DNA of 64,000 nucleotides from Nitrosopumilus sp. (lineage in GTDB: Archaea > Thermoproteota > Nitrososphaeria > Nitrososphaerales > Nitrosopumilaceae), in the NCBI GenBank assembly GCA_965214775.1, contig OZ243974.1, positions 1,472,001 to 1,536,000 on the forward strand. Direction: 5' to 3'. Position numbers and translations under genes: made by a program. The notes under the pieces were generated by a model. That model was not told the origin of the DNA. It made no database searches and saw only the letters and a list, made by a program, of their open reading frames with translations. Of the stretch, positions 1 to 9,922 are shown piece after piece. How positions within the stretch are numbered: the first letter of the stretch is position 1; each line of letters starts with the position of its first letter.

Positions 1-2
1 AT

Positions 3-1238
3 TATGCAACTGCCTTCTCCAAGCAACCACTGCCATCCAAAGGCGGGTTGGTAATAGTTTCTAATGCGGGAGGACCTGCAATCATTTCCACGGATGCCTG
101 CTCTAAAATGAAGATAAAAATGGCCGACATTACAAGCATTAGAAAGAAAATCGATAAAGTGATTCCGCCATGGGGAAGCTCAAGAAATCCTGTAGACATA
201 GTGGGTGATGCAGACTTCAACAGGTTCCACAACGTTCTGGATAGGGTTCTAAAACATCCCAAAGTCGGTTCAGTAATTACAATGTGTACTCCGTCAGGCA
301 CTCTGAATTATGATCAACTGGCCAAGGTGGTCGTTGAAATGTCAAAGAAATACAAAAAGACAATGCTTGCCAGTTTGATGGGTCTTGATGAGGGAATTGC
401 CAATAGGGAGATCCTGGCAAAGGGAGGCGTTCCATACTATACCTATGCAGAAGGTGCGATTAGGACCCTTGCAGCGATGATTAGGTTTTCTGACTGGATA
501 GGATCCCCGACTGGAAAGACAACAAGATTCAAGGCAGACAAGGCTAAAGCACAAAAAATCTTTGATAAGGCAAAAAGTGAAAAACGACCAAACCTGCTTG
601 AAGAGGAAGGCCAGGAGGTTCTCAAGGCATATGGACTGCCTTTGCCAAAAAGCACGATTGCAACTTCTGAAGCAAAAGCCGTCAAAGCCGCAAAAAAGAT
701 TGGCTATCCGGTTGTGATGAAAATTGCATCTCCTCAGATTATTCACAAGTCTGATGCCGGCGGTGTAATGATAAATCTGACAAATGACGTCGAAGTTAAA
801 GTAGCCTTTAAAACAATCCTCAAAAACGCAAAAAATTACAACAGCAAGGCCGAGATCAAAGGTGTTTTGATTGTCGAAATGGTAAAAGGCGGCAAGGAAC
901 TCATCATTGGCTCGAAATTAGAGCCCGGATTTGGCCCTGTCATCATGCTGGGCATGGGAGGAATCTACGTTGAGGTCCTCAAAGATGTCACATTCAAGCT
1001 GGCACCTGTTACTGACAGAGAGGCAGATGACATGATTGCATCAATCAAAACCCAAAAGCTTCTAGAAGGTGTTAGAGGCGAAAAGCCGTCTGATACCGTA
1101 AAACTATCTGAATGCATTCAAAGACTGTCTCAACTAGTTGCCGACTTTAAGGACATCAAGGAATTGGACATGAACCCTGTCTTGGTAATGGAAAAGGGCA
1201 GGGGATGCAGAATTCTTGACGTCCGAATCGGCCTGTGA
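3..1238 (+). CDS. ADP-forming acyl-CoA ligase, probably 4-hydroxybutyrate-CoA ligase (5' truncated by window)
   Basis: NAGG, NPVD and HKSDAGGV ATP-grasp motifs; directly upstream of the 4-hydroxybutyryl-CoA dehydratase, as in the Nitrosopumilus HP/HB cycle locus. Confidence 0.85.
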   Translation, partial: YATAFSKQPLPSKGGLVIVSNAGGPAIISTDACSKMKIKMADITSIRKKIDKVIPPWGSSRNPVDIVGDADFNRFHNVLDRVLKHPKVGSVITMCTPSGTLNYDQLAKVVVEMSKKYKKTMLASLMGLDEGIANREILAKGGVPYYTYAEGAIRTLAAMIRFSDWIGSPTGKTTRFKADKAKAQKIFDKAKSEKRPNLLEEEGQEVLKAYGLPLPKSTIATSEAKAVKAAKKIGYPVVMKIASPQIIHKSDAGGVMINLTNDVEVKVAFKTILKNAKNYNSKAEIKGVLIVEMVKGGKELIIGSKLEPGFGPVIMLGMGGIYVEVLKDVTFKLAPVTDREADDMIASIKTQKLLEGVRGEKPSDTVKLSECIQRLSQLVADFKDIKELDMNPVLVMEKGRGCRILDVRIGL

Positions 1239-1414
1239 TCGCAAGTGCGGCATCAGATCCCCCGTAAAACCACTACCAGGCGTGAACAAGAAATTTGGAT
1301 GAATGTTTTACTCCTGGAAAGTTGAGGGCCTGGTACTGTACGATCGCAATTTATTCCTAGATATTGCCTTGCACCAATCTAGAATATTTATACAACATAC
1401 AGATGAATAGTTGT

Positions 1415-2941
1415 ATGGCTAATGTCTTGAAGACAATTAGAACGGGGGATGATTACATTGAAAGTCTTAGGGGCCGCCCTCTCAAAGTCTACCTGTTTGG
1501 CCAACTGGTCAAAGAGCCTGTAGACCATCCGATGATCAGACCGTCCATAAATGCAGTCGCAGAAACTTATGATTTGGCAGTTAGGGAAGAGGCGCTTGCC
1601 TCTGCAGATTCGTCCATTACTGGTCTTAGGGTGAATCGGTTTTTGCATATTGCAGAAAGTGCCGAGGATCTGGTTTTACAAAACAAGATGCAAAGAAAAC
1701 TGGGACAAAATACCGGCACATGTTTTCAGCGCTGCGTTGGCATGGACGCAATAAATGCTTTACATTCGACAACTTTTGAAATTGACGAAAAACATGGCAC
1801 AGATTATCATAAAAGATTTTTAGAATTTGTAAAAATGGTTCAGAAAGAAAATCTCGTAATCGGAGGCGCTATGACTGATCCAAAAGGAGACAGAGGCAAG
1901 GGGCCTGCCGAACAGGATGATCCTGATCTGTTTACCCGGGTTGTAGATTCTGATGAAAAGGGCGTCTATGTCTCTGGGGCCAAAGCTCATCAGACAGGAT
2001 GCATTAACTCACACTGGATCATCTTGATGCCTACAGTCAGATTGACTGAAAATGACAAAGACTGGGCAATCGTTGGAGCAATTCCGGCAGACACCAATGG
2101 CGTAACTTACATCTATGGCAGACAGTCTTGTGATACGCGAAGCATGGAGGAAGGTGATATTGATGCCGGAAACGCAAAATATGGAGGGCAGGAAGCGTTG
2201 ATCATCTTAGACAGGGTGTTTATTCCGTGGGAGAGGGTCTTCATGCACGGCGAGTATGAATTTGCATCAATGCTAATAGAGAGATTCACCTGCTATCACA
2301 GACGAAGTTACGTATGCAAAACAGGCCTTGGTGATGTACTCATCGGTGCAGCGGCAACTATTGCCGATTATAATGGCGTGCCAAAAGTCTCACACATCAA
2401 GGATAAAATCATTGAGATGACCCATCTTAATGAGACAATTTTTGCTGCAGGCATTGCATCGTCTTATCAGGGCCAGCAGATGAAATCCGGCGTTTTCCTT
2501 AACGATGATATGCTGGCACAAGTCTGCAAGCATAACGTAACACGATTCCCGTATGAAATTAGCAGGCTTGCCCAGGATATTGCAGGGGGTTTGGTCGTTA
2601 CGTTGCCATCTGAAAAGGACTTTAGACATCCCGAAACAGGCCCGCTTTTAAAAAAATATCTGGCTGGAAGAAAAGGCGCTGATGTAGAAAACAGAATGAG
2701 AATTCTTAGGCTGATAGAAAACATGACGTTGGGCAGAAATGCCGTAGGCTATCTTACCGAATCCATGCACGGGGCAGGCTCTCCACAAGCACAAAGAATT
2801 CAAATTCAGCGACAGATGCAGGTGGGATACAAAAAGAACCTTGCAAAGAACCTTGCGGGAATCACAAACGATGTTGAGGAGCCTGCAGAATCATCTGAAT
2901 ACTTTAAGCGCGTATTCAAAACAAAAGACTCTGTCCTATGA
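1415..2941 (+). CDS. hcd: 4-hydroxybutyryl-CoA dehydratase
   Basis: TGTCFQRCVGMD, AMTDPKGDR, GAKAHQTG and ESMHGAGSPQAQ motifs of the AbfD family; start taken at MANVLK. Confidence 0.96.
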   Translation: MANVLKTIRTGDDYIESLRGRPLKVYLFGQLVKEPVDHPMIRPSINAVAETYDLAVREEALASADSSITGLRVNRFLHIAESAEDLVLQNKMQRKLGQNTGTCFQRCVGMDAINALHSTTFEIDEKHGTDYHKRFLEFVKMVQKENLVIGGAMTDPKGDRGKGPAEQDDPDLFTRVVDSDEKGVYVSGAKAHQTGCINSHWIILMPTVRLTENDKDWAIVGAIPADTNGVTYIYGRQSCDTRSMEEGDIDAGNAKYGGQEALIILDRVFIPWERVFMHGEYEFASMLIERFTCYHRRSYVCKTGLGDVLIGAAATIADYNGVPKVSHIKDKIIEMTHLNETIFAAGIASSYQGQQMKSGVFLNDDMLAQVCKHNVTRFPYEISRLAQDIAGGLVVTLPSEKDFRHPETGPLLKKYLAGRKGADVENRMRILRLIENMTLGRNAVGYLTESMHGAGSPQAQRIQIQRQMQVGYKKNLAKNLAGITNDVEEPAESSEYFKRVFKTKDSVL

Positions 2942-2989
2942 CATCACACTTTGAGCAGATCCATTGACGGGAAGTTTTTCTGTGGCTGA

Positions 2990-3582
2990 TCGGGTTCTGG
3001 AGGCCGTTTCTGACTTTAGGCACGAACTCTGACCGGCATTCATTAGACTTTATGCGTAATCGATCCAAAACTAGGATTATTACGAACAAATTCATCTCAT
3101 TCAGATCGATTACGCATAAAGTCTATTAGTAGAAAATTCATGTCTGAACCTCCAGAACCCGGCCTGTTATAGCAACGGGCAGAAGTCTTTGAGTCAAAGT
3201 AGGCCATAACTACACGTAAAAAACCTCAATTATTTCTGCTCGTTGCTATACCTGTAGTACATCATCAAAAGATGGACCGTAATCTTGGCATATCGTGCAT
3301 ATTTTTATAAAAAAATGTCCAGTTCAACTGTGCGCACTGGCAGTCTGTGGGAAATTTTTTGGACAACCCCCAGCTAAGTGAAAGTATGAGGTCACGTCCC
3401 CTTACTGGCTAGGCGTGGAAATCATAATTGTGCATACCAATTCGTGCTTGATTGGTGGGGATAGGTGACCACATACAAGTGAAATGTAAATGAGATTTGT
3501 TGTTTTGTCCTGATATTGAGGCATCGTGTCTCCTACCCAGTTTCTGTTTTTACTCGATTTTTTAGTACTTTTCACTTAGCTG
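2990..3582. mobile_element. Cluster of nested/abutting MITEs (A containing B; C; partial M; D containing an E-like insert)
   Basis: B 3045-3124 AGACTTTATGCGTAATCG...CGATTACGCATAAAGTCT with ATT duplication; C 3168-3250 TATAGCAACG...CGTTGCTATA; D 3371-3582 CAGCTAAGTGAAA...TTTCACTTAGCTG; all recur elsewhere in the window. Confidence 0.85.
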
Positions 3583-3584
3583 TA

Positions 3585-3636
3585 TATGCAAAAATGCATA
3601 TATATGCAAAATTGCATATGTATGCAAGAATGAACA
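3585..3636. promoter_or_regulatory. Tandem palindromic boxes TATGCA-N4-TGCATA, 18-bp period (candidate operator)
   Basis: TATGCAAAAATGCATA 3585-3600, TATGCAAAATTGCATA 3603-3618, and a degenerate third copy overlapping the ATPase start. Confidence 0.4.
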
Positions 3637-4859
3637 GTGCACGACAGGACATTCCGTTTGTTGTAGGCAAGCCGGTTACCGGCAAGTATTTCATCGACAG
3701 GAAGGAGGAATTAAAAAAGATCACCGCGCTACTGTCTGGAAACGCAATAAACAACATTGCGTTGCTGGCGCAAAGACGAACCGGCAAGTCCTCAGTCCTC
3801 TATAACCTAAAGGAGAAAGACACGGGGAAGATCCATGTCCTGTTCGATGCCTACGGCATATCCACAAAGGAGAGGTTTGCAAAAGCATACATCAACTCCG
3901 TCCGGCATTGCTATACAGAGAATACCGGAGACAAGGCATACAATAAAAGAATCAGGGAATCGCTTGTTGAGGGCGCAAACGTACTGACAAGCAAAATAAG
4001 CGATGTCGGAATATCCGTATTTGAATTTGTAAAATTTCAGGTGACAGTTAACAAAAAAGAGGCAGATCCTGATGAACTGCTGGAAAACGCGCTGAACTAT
4101 GCAGAGACGCTTGCAAAAGAGAAGGGCGTTTTGCTGGTAATCATGATTGATGAATTTCAGGAGCTGTTAAAATGGGGAGACGGCTTTTTAAGAACGTTCA
4201 GGAAGATCATGCAGTCCCAACAGAAGGTGTGTTATGTTTTGTCTGGTTCGGCACCCACCACAATGCGCAGGCTGGTGTATGATTCAAAATCTCCTCTATA
4301 CAGACAGTTGATGGATATACGATTAGACAGACTGCCAAAAAGGGATGTGATTGCGTTTGTCAAAAGGAGGCTTGCCGCAGCAAATATGGGGGCAGATAGC
4401 GGCGCGGCGGAATACATTTTTGAACTAAGCCGCGGATATGCGGACTATGTACAGAGAATTGGAATGCATGTCTTTTGGATGTGCTTGGGCAGTAATAAAA
4501 GACTGGTTACAAGACACGATGTGGATGATGCATACGAGGACATGCTGGTTCGACTAGATGCCGATTTTGGTGCAGGTTTTTCACGGCATACGGATCTTGA
4601 AAAGGAGATACTGTTTGCATTGGCTGCAGGCAAGGCGTCGATATCTGCGATGGCCCTAGAAATCAGGACATCTCAAAGCACAATACCAAAAACCCTAAAC
4701 AGGCTGATAGCATCAGACATTGTTGAGAGGTACCGGCATGGCAAATACCGCATTACCGATGGTGTCTTTTCAGACTGGATCTACAAACAGACGCATGCAC
4801 GGGTCACACGAAGTTTCAGATCTTCATACACAACAGAGTCCGATCATAACCCGCAATAG
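3630..4859 (+). CDS. Archaeal P-loop ATPase (ATPase_2/AAA type) with C-terminal winged helix
   Basis: FIDRKEEL, Walker A AQRRTGKS, Walker B IMIDEFQ, C-terminal HTH; the upstream ORF extension lies in a MITE. Confidence 0.85.
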   Translation: MNSARQDIPFVVGKPVTGKYFIDRKEELKKITALLSGNAINNIALLAQRRTGKSSVLYNLKEKDTGKIHVLFDAYGISTKERFAKAYINSVRHCYTENTGDKAYNKRIRESLVEGANVLTSKISDVGISVFEFVKFQVTVNKKEADPDELLENALNYAETLAKEKGVLLVIMIDEFQELLKWGDGFLRTFRKIMQSQQKVCYVLSGSAPTTMRRLVYDSKSPLYRQLMDIRLDRLPKRDVIAFVKRRLAAANMGADSGAAEYIFELSRGYADYVQRIGMHVFWMCLGSNKRLVTRHDVDDAYEDMLVRLDADFGAGFSRHTDLEKEILFALAAGKASISAMALEIRTSQSTIPKTLNRLIASDIVERYRHGKYRITDGVFSDWIYKQTHARVTRSFRSSYTTESDHNPQ

Positions 4860-5060
4860 GAAATCCAACAGGAGGATGCGCGAGACCGACATACTGACGA
4901 TCTGGAGCGGGCCCATGAGACAGAAGTTGTTGGTATTACATACTGTTACTGGAATTATTGCGCAATTCGTCAAAATGCTTGAAGATCCCACATGCCGCAC
5001 TCACATTGGGCGTGAGACATAGTGAAAAGCATAAGGGCTTCAAACCAAGTATGTCAAACC

Positions 5061-5190
5061 GGGGTTGTCGCCTAATTCCACCTGCCTGACTCAATCTGCA
5101 CATTCTTCTGAACTTCCACCCAACTTACATGTCTGATCCAGATAACACATCATGGTTTTTCAGGAATTCTGATGAATCAGGCGGCAATCC
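5061..5190. mobile_element. MITE family F
   Basis: GGGGTTGTCGCCTAATT left end, degenerate right end; homologous to 33783-33912 and 54305-54434. Confidence 0.8.
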
Positions 5191-5220
5191 TGTCCCTATT
5201 GCCAGCAGACTAGCGGATCA

Positions 5221-5360
5221 TAGTTTGTTGCATAACTCGATTTTTTTACTCGAATTCGTCCCAAACGACAAATCCAGATAAAAACCACAGTTGATTTCGG
5301 ATCTATCTGTGATCGAAATCAGGAGTTTTTTGACGAAAAAAGAAGTTATGCAACAAACTA
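5221..5360. mobile_element. MITE family L (IS903-like ends)
   Basis: TIR TAGTTTGTTGCATAAC...GTTATGCAACAAACTA, 8-bp TSD GCGGATCA; the same end precedes the transposase fragment at ~53769. Confidence 0.9.
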
Positions 5361-5404
5361 GCGGATCAGCCACTCTTAAAAGCAGAGAAATCACAATACA
5401 AGAC

Positions 5405-5536
5405 ATGTCTAAGACAGAACAGGTCGACGATTTGACCTCGGAGGAAATCAACGCCATCGACGAGTTCTATGCAAGCGACGATGGCAAGATGACATTCAAA
5501 ACTACCGCGGAATTCATAAAGTGGCTCAATGAGTGA
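5405..5536 (+). CDS. Small acidic putative antitoxin (43 aa)
   Basis: MSKTEQVDDLTSEEINAIDEFY...FIKWLNE overlaps the RelE-like start; paralogue at 55781-55918. Confidence 0.65.
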   Translation: MSKTEQVDDLTSEEINAIDEFYASDDGKMTFKTTAEFIKWLNE

Positions 5537-5926
5537 AACTGAAGCCCGACGGCAGATCACGTCACAAGCAGTATTCAGAAAACAATACAAAAACCTGGAT
5601 GTGCAGATCAAGCAGAGGGTAGATCATGCGATTGAAGAGCTGAAGAATTCTGACAACCCAGCAGTGTTGGGAAGATGGAAGAAGCATAAGCGGGTGTTTG
5701 CATACAATGTAGGAAAGTACAGTAACAGGTCGGGCTCTGGAAGCTGTTTCTGATTTTAGGCACAAATTCTGTTTGAACAGTCCTTTTTGGTGGCAAAATT
5801 CATGCCTGAGCTTCCAGAGCCCGACCTGTTACAAAGTACAGGATAACATACAGTATTGACTGGGACAATGACACGATAGAATTCCTCTATGTAGGCGATC
5901 ACAAGTCAGTATACCACAGGGACTAG
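5529..5926 (+). pseudogene. RelE/ParE-family toxin interrupted by a MITE
   Basis: Removing 5722-5832 and one TSD restores ...NVGKYRITYSIDWDNDTIEFLYVGDHKSVYHRD*, colinear with the intact 55922-56194. Confidence 0.88.
5722..5832. mobile_element. MITE family A (111 bp)
   Basis: TIR GTAACAGGTCGGGCTCTGGAAG...CTTCCAGAGCCCGACCTGTTAC; 8-bp TSD AAAGTACA. Confidence 0.95.
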
Positions 5927-6139
5927 ACAGCATGCCCACTATGCAAGTTACAACAGAAGGTATGGCCCAGACGGGGACGGCCGGCGACCAAGTTCTGTGG
6001 GGAACAACGGTGGTTGTTTCCTAATTAGGCAATTTGATCTAATTTTCCAAATTCTCCAATATCTTGATCAGAATGGCCTTGGTTCTCTAACGACAGACCA
6101 CAAGAGGCGTGATGGGTACCGGACGTACTGCCATGCTAA

Positions 6140-6454
6140 TATATGATTCAAAATTAGAAACCGTATGAACTTCAAGCGATTTCGCAGACAATCTGTATTT
6201 TGTTGATGCTTTGAGAGATGTTTTGTGCGAATTCGCTGACAAACAATCAGAATTTGCTAATTTCGAATCAGTTCTCTGGGTAATGATATCCTATAGATCC
6301 GGCAGGTCACAAAAAATTAACTAGGCAGAGAGATGATCCGAAATTAGAAACCGTACGAATTTTTCAAGTAATTTCACAGATACTTGCGTTTTGTTGGCGT
6401 TTTATGCAAATTCGTTCACAAACAATCAGAGTCTGTTAATTTCGAATCAACTCT
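6140..6454. mobile_element. Two tandem family H MITEs (~6140-6275 and 6329-6454)
   Basis: Ends match the IS5 at 62322-63480 (AGAGRTGATCCGAAATTAG / TAATTTCGAATCAACTCT). Confidence 0.85.
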
Positions 6455-6471
6455 CTGGAGACTGGCAAAAA

Positions 6472-7212
6472 TTATTCTTTATTCCCTTCTTTGCTGTCTT
6501 TTTCAGACTCTCTGTTAAACTCGTCTTCTTGGACTTCTGATTCCACTGATTTTTCAATATCCTCCAGGACATCAGAATTTTCTTTGGCCTCCGAGTATTC
6601 AGAATCCATCTCCATCTCGTTTAAATCTGACAATTCCTCTCTTGCTTCTTCTAAGGGCCCATCTGGCGTTTCAGACTCTGTCTTTGGCAAAAACGGATCA
6701 TCTGTCTCTTTCTTCTTTCTCTTAATCATGTGCTTTGCAATCATGATCCCAATTATGACTGCAATTATCACATAGTTGATGGGAGGTTTCACTAACTGAG
6801 TCACATATCCGACCTGTGGAATTGTATATACTACTTTTCCTATGTACTCTTTGACAGTAATTGGAAAATCGGTTCCTGGAATTGAAGCAGGATTGGCATC
6901 ACCCTTTGTTCTTAGTGTCCTCGGATCATCATCCACTATTGAGGCCACTCTGTGCACAATAACTCGATTATGATCAGACGGTCTGTTAAAGACGATAATG
7001 TCGCCTACTTTGATCTCTTCAAACGGCTCATGACCTTGAACGATTAGCACATCATAAACTTCCAAAACAGGAATCATGCTTCCGCTTGCAACTACGTAAA
7101 ATGGATTTTGTGTTCCAAATGCAACCTGTAATCCGATCCAAATTGCTAGAGCGCCAATTATTACGATTATGATGTCCTTGATGACTTGTTTCGAGATGGA
7201 CTTTTTTGTCAA
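6472..7212 (-). CDS. Signal peptidase I (Sec11/SipW type) with acidic tail
   Basis: VASGSMIP, GDIIVF, IVHRV and TKGDAN motifs; probable TTG start at 7212. Confidence 0.9.
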   Translation of the reverse strand: MTKKSISKQVIKDIIIVIIGALAIWIGLQVAFGTQNPFYVVASGSMIPVLEVYDVLIVQGHEPFEEIKVGDIIVFNRPSDHNRVIVHRVASIVDDDPRTLRTKGDANPASIPGTDFPITVKEYIGKVVYTIPQVGYVTQLVKPPINYVIIAVIIGIMIAKHMIKRKKKETDDPFLPKTESETPDGPLEEAREELSDLNEMEMDSEYSEAKENSDVLEDIEKSVESEVQEDEFNRESEKDSKEGNKE

Positions 7213-7246
7213 AATTTTTACCCTTGTATCCTTGATTAAATTAGAT

Positions 7247-7993
7247 TTAGAGCCTGGTTCCGCATTCTTCACAGAACTTTGAGCCTTCCTTATTAAAAAA
7301 GCCGCACTCTGGACATTTTCCCGGCTCATCTGTTTGAATAGTTTCACTTGGATTTCCTAATAGAACAACTTCCCCTATTTTTCTGATGCTGGACCAAGGA
7401 ATGCTCCCGTCAGTTCCGTCATTTTTCGTAATTACCAACACCATTGATTGTGCAGAATCAATTCCAACCTGTTTTGCAATTCCAACCTTGTTTGCATTTT
7501 CGTCATAAACTGTTCTGCCTTCAATAGAACTAACTGATGTTGCAGAGCTTGGCCGTGTTGCTGTCTCCTGAGGCGTTTCTGGTATCGGTTCGGGCCGTGG
7601 TGCTGCTTTAGCAACAGTGGAATCTTGAACAGACGGATCTAATGGTTTTGCATTTCCGACCTCACCTGCCTCGTCTTGTTTTTTGAATTCCCTGTATTCT
7701 GCGATTGTTCCGTTACAAGACTCGCAAACGTATTGTCCTTTTTCAACTAGAACTAGGTTCTCTGCAACCTCTTCATTTGGGTTTTCAAATTCAATTTTTG
7801 GAGCGCCCTCAAACTCCTTTTCACATATGTTGCAAAAATGCTTGCTAATGTTTTCGGACTCTAGCCTGCCAATTGGTGCTAAAAACAGATCAGGACCTCC
7901 CAAGTTTCCTTTCGTTTGCTGTTCATCAGAAACCTTGGCCATAACATAGCCCCCAGAACCTCTAAGTTTTTTTAATCTAAGTTCTGTGCTCAT
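7247..7993 (-). CDS. Zinc-ribbon/PRC-barrel domain protein
   Basis: CxxC pairs, PRC-like GRTVYDENANKVG, C-terminal CPECG...FCEECG. Confidence 0.75.
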   Translation of the reverse strand: MSTELRLKKLRGSGGYVMAKVSDEQQTKGNLGGPDLFLAPIGRLESENISKHFCNICEKEFEGAPKIEFENPNEEVAENLVLVEKGQYVCESCNGTIAEYREFKKQDEAGEVGNAKPLDPSVQDSTVAKAAPRPEPIPETPQETATRPSSATSVSSIEGRTVYDENANKVGIAKQVGIDSAQSMVLVITKNDGTDGSIPWSSIRKIGEVVLLGNPSETIQTDEPGKCPECGFFNKEGSKFCEECGTRL

Positions 7994-8110
7994 ATCTGGG
8001 ATTTACCAAAACGTCATTTAAGTATATGTCAAATCCTAGTCTCCAACAAAAAATACGGTGTAATTCTGGTGAACGTTTTTAGGTAGTATCGTGAGTAGAT
8101 TGTCAATAGA

Positions 8111-8437
8111 ATGGCAGTTACACATGTTTCAGATGCGAAATCCTGGGAAGTTGATGTCGTAAATTCCGACGTTCCGGTTTTTGTAGACTTTTGGGCCGAA
8201 TGGTGCGGTCCATGCAGAATGGTGGGCCCGGTCGTAGAAGAACTGGCAGCTGACTATGATGGCAAAGTGAAATTTGTCAAGGTCAACGTTGATGAAGCCA
8301 ACGAATTGGCATCAAAATACAACGTATTTAGCATTCCGACCTTAATCCTCCTAAACAAGGGTGAGATTGTCAGCCAACAAGTCGGTGCTGCATCCAAAGA
8401 ATCATACAAAAATATGATTGACAGAGCGCTTGCTTGA
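8111..8437 (+). CDS. trxA: Thioredoxin
   Basis: DFWAEWCGPC and SIPT motifs. Confidence 0.95.
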   Translation: MAVTHVSDAKSWEVDVVNSDVPVFVDFWAEWCGPCRMVGPVVEELAADYDGKVKFVKVNVDEANELASKYNVFSIPTLILLNKGEIVSQQVGAASKESYKNMIDRALA

Positions 8438-8501
8438 ACACACACGTTTTTCTTCTTTTTTGATCCTAAAGTAATTAATATTCCAAGAATCGAATCAGAT
8501 C

Positions 8502-9044
8502 ATGTCATTTGGCGAAGTAGACACCCTCAACATGTTATTTGACAAGCTCCAAAGTCTGTTTGATGAATCTCAGGGATATTATGAATCATTTTTAGATACT
8601 AACAACATGTACAAGCAAGGCAAGTTAAGTGACAAAGAATTTTTCCAAAAATTAGGCGATTATACCGTTGCATATTCTGCATTAGAGTTTCTAGCTATCA
8701 AAGTAATTTTCGAAATGAGAAAGTCCTTAAACTCTGGTTCGGGAAATACGCGATCCCCTGGACTGATGCAGGGAATGGGACAGCCTGGAATGATGGCTGC
8801 CGGAGGGATGCCCGGAGGAATGCCGCCTAGAACTGGTACTGCACAAAATCCTGTTGGTGGAGGACCTCCAGGAATTGTATCTGCACAAGAAGCTTTTGGC
8901 GATGTTGGAACACTGCCCTCGCCTGATCCGGCATTAATGCCAAGAAGAGAGGCTACTCGGCCTAGTGGAAATGCCTGTTCTGCATGTGGCGCAGAATTGA
9001 GACCTAATGCTAAATTCTGTACTAAATGTGGAAAGAAAGTTTAA
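8502..9044 (+). CDS. Zinc-ribbon domain protein
   Basis: C-terminal CSACG...FCTKCG; G/M/P-rich linker. Confidence 0.75.
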   Translation: MSFGEVDTLNMLFDKLQSLFDESQGYYESFLDTNNMYKQGKLSDKEFFQKLGDYTVAYSALEFLAIKVIFEMRKSLNSGSGNTRSPGLMQGMGQPGMMAAGGMPGGMPPRTGTAQNPVGGGPPGIVSAQEAFGDVGTLPSPDPALMPRREATRPSGNACSACGAELRPNAKFCTKCGKKV

Positions 9045-9058
9045 AACTAAAAGTAAAA

Positions 9059-9418
9059 TTAATCTGCTATAGTGCCGCATTCAGGACAGAACTTTGCTGT
9101 TGCTGAAAGGCTTGCACCGCACTCACCGCAGAATTTTCCATCGTTTGACTCTTCTTTAACGGCATTTCCATATGTTGCAGAACTCAGGACTGCTCCTGAC
9201 GGTTCATACTTGTCATCATCAATTAGTACCGGTTCAAAGTCCTGATCTGTCATAAAGGTCATCATTCTTGGAATTCCTTTTCCCTCGTTTTCCGGATCTG
9301 GAACGGAGTCTCCCAACCAAAAAGCAAATCTCATTAAAGTTAATTCCGGGGTTGAGAATGCCAAAGTATGCTTTGACATGTATTCCTGTGCAGCTTTTTT
9401 GCCATCAAACACTTCCAT
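9059..9418 (-). CDS. Zinc-ribbon domain protein
   Basis: C-terminal FCGECG...FCPECG. Confidence 0.75.
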   Translation of the reverse strand: MEVFDGKKAAQEYMSKHTLAFSTPELTLMRFAFWLGDSVPDPENEGKGIPRMMTFMTDQDFEPVLIDDDKYEPSGAVLSSATYGNAVKEESNDGKFCGECGASLSATAKFCPECGTIAD

Positions 9419-9467
9419 GAAGATGATGATCCTTGTTTGTGTATAATAGTTTATGGAGGTATCTAAT

Positions 9468-9558
9468 GTAAGAGTTTACCCCCAAGGCGGCACTGCTGGC
9501 CGGAGCCTTCGTGATCATGCCTGCTGTGCCGTATCTCATGGAAGGGGTAAACTCTTAC
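9468..9558. mobile_element. MITE family J
   Basis: GTAAGAGTTTACCCC...GGGGTAAACTCTTAC inverted ends; second copy at ~35966-36055. Confidence 0.75.
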
Positions 9559-9649
9559 GAGATGGATGATGAATTTGAAAAAAAATTTGAAGGCTGGCAA
9601 TGTTCGTTGATGATGTATAATTCATGCTAACTTTCTAAATAAATTCAGG

Positions 9650-9721
9650 TGGACCGGGAGGGAATCGAACCCTCGACATCCTCGTTGCGAACGAGGCATT
9701 ATGCCACTAAACCACCGGCCC
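9650..9721 (-). tRNA. tRNA-Ala(CGC)
   Basis: GGGCCGG acceptor stem, CCTCG-TTCGCAA-CGAGG anticodon arm, GGTTCGATTCC T loop. Confidence 0.95.
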
Positions 9722-9767
9722 GTCATTTCTATCTGCAAGTTGTACTTTTATTCATTTTCTCAACGAT

Positions 9768-9888
9768 CAGTCTTCCCAGAAGTAACCTGGAAAACAGCTC
9801 CTGATTTGAGGCAAACCAAATTATGACGCCTGCAGATTCACTCGCCGCCATCTGCACAGTCATGAATCGCGTACTTCTGGGAAGACTG
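9768..9888. mobile_element. MITE family I (121 bp)
   Basis: TIR CAGTCTTCCCAGAAGTA...TACTTCTGGGAAGACTG; 6-bp TSD AACGAT. Confidence 0.92.
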
Positions 9889-9922
9889 AACGATTAATAA
9901 TCACAATGCACGGAAACCCTCA

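Noticed and set aside
5291-5404. N-terminal extension of the 81-aa ORF
   Set aside because: Mostly MITE L sequence; the paralogue indicates a start at 5405
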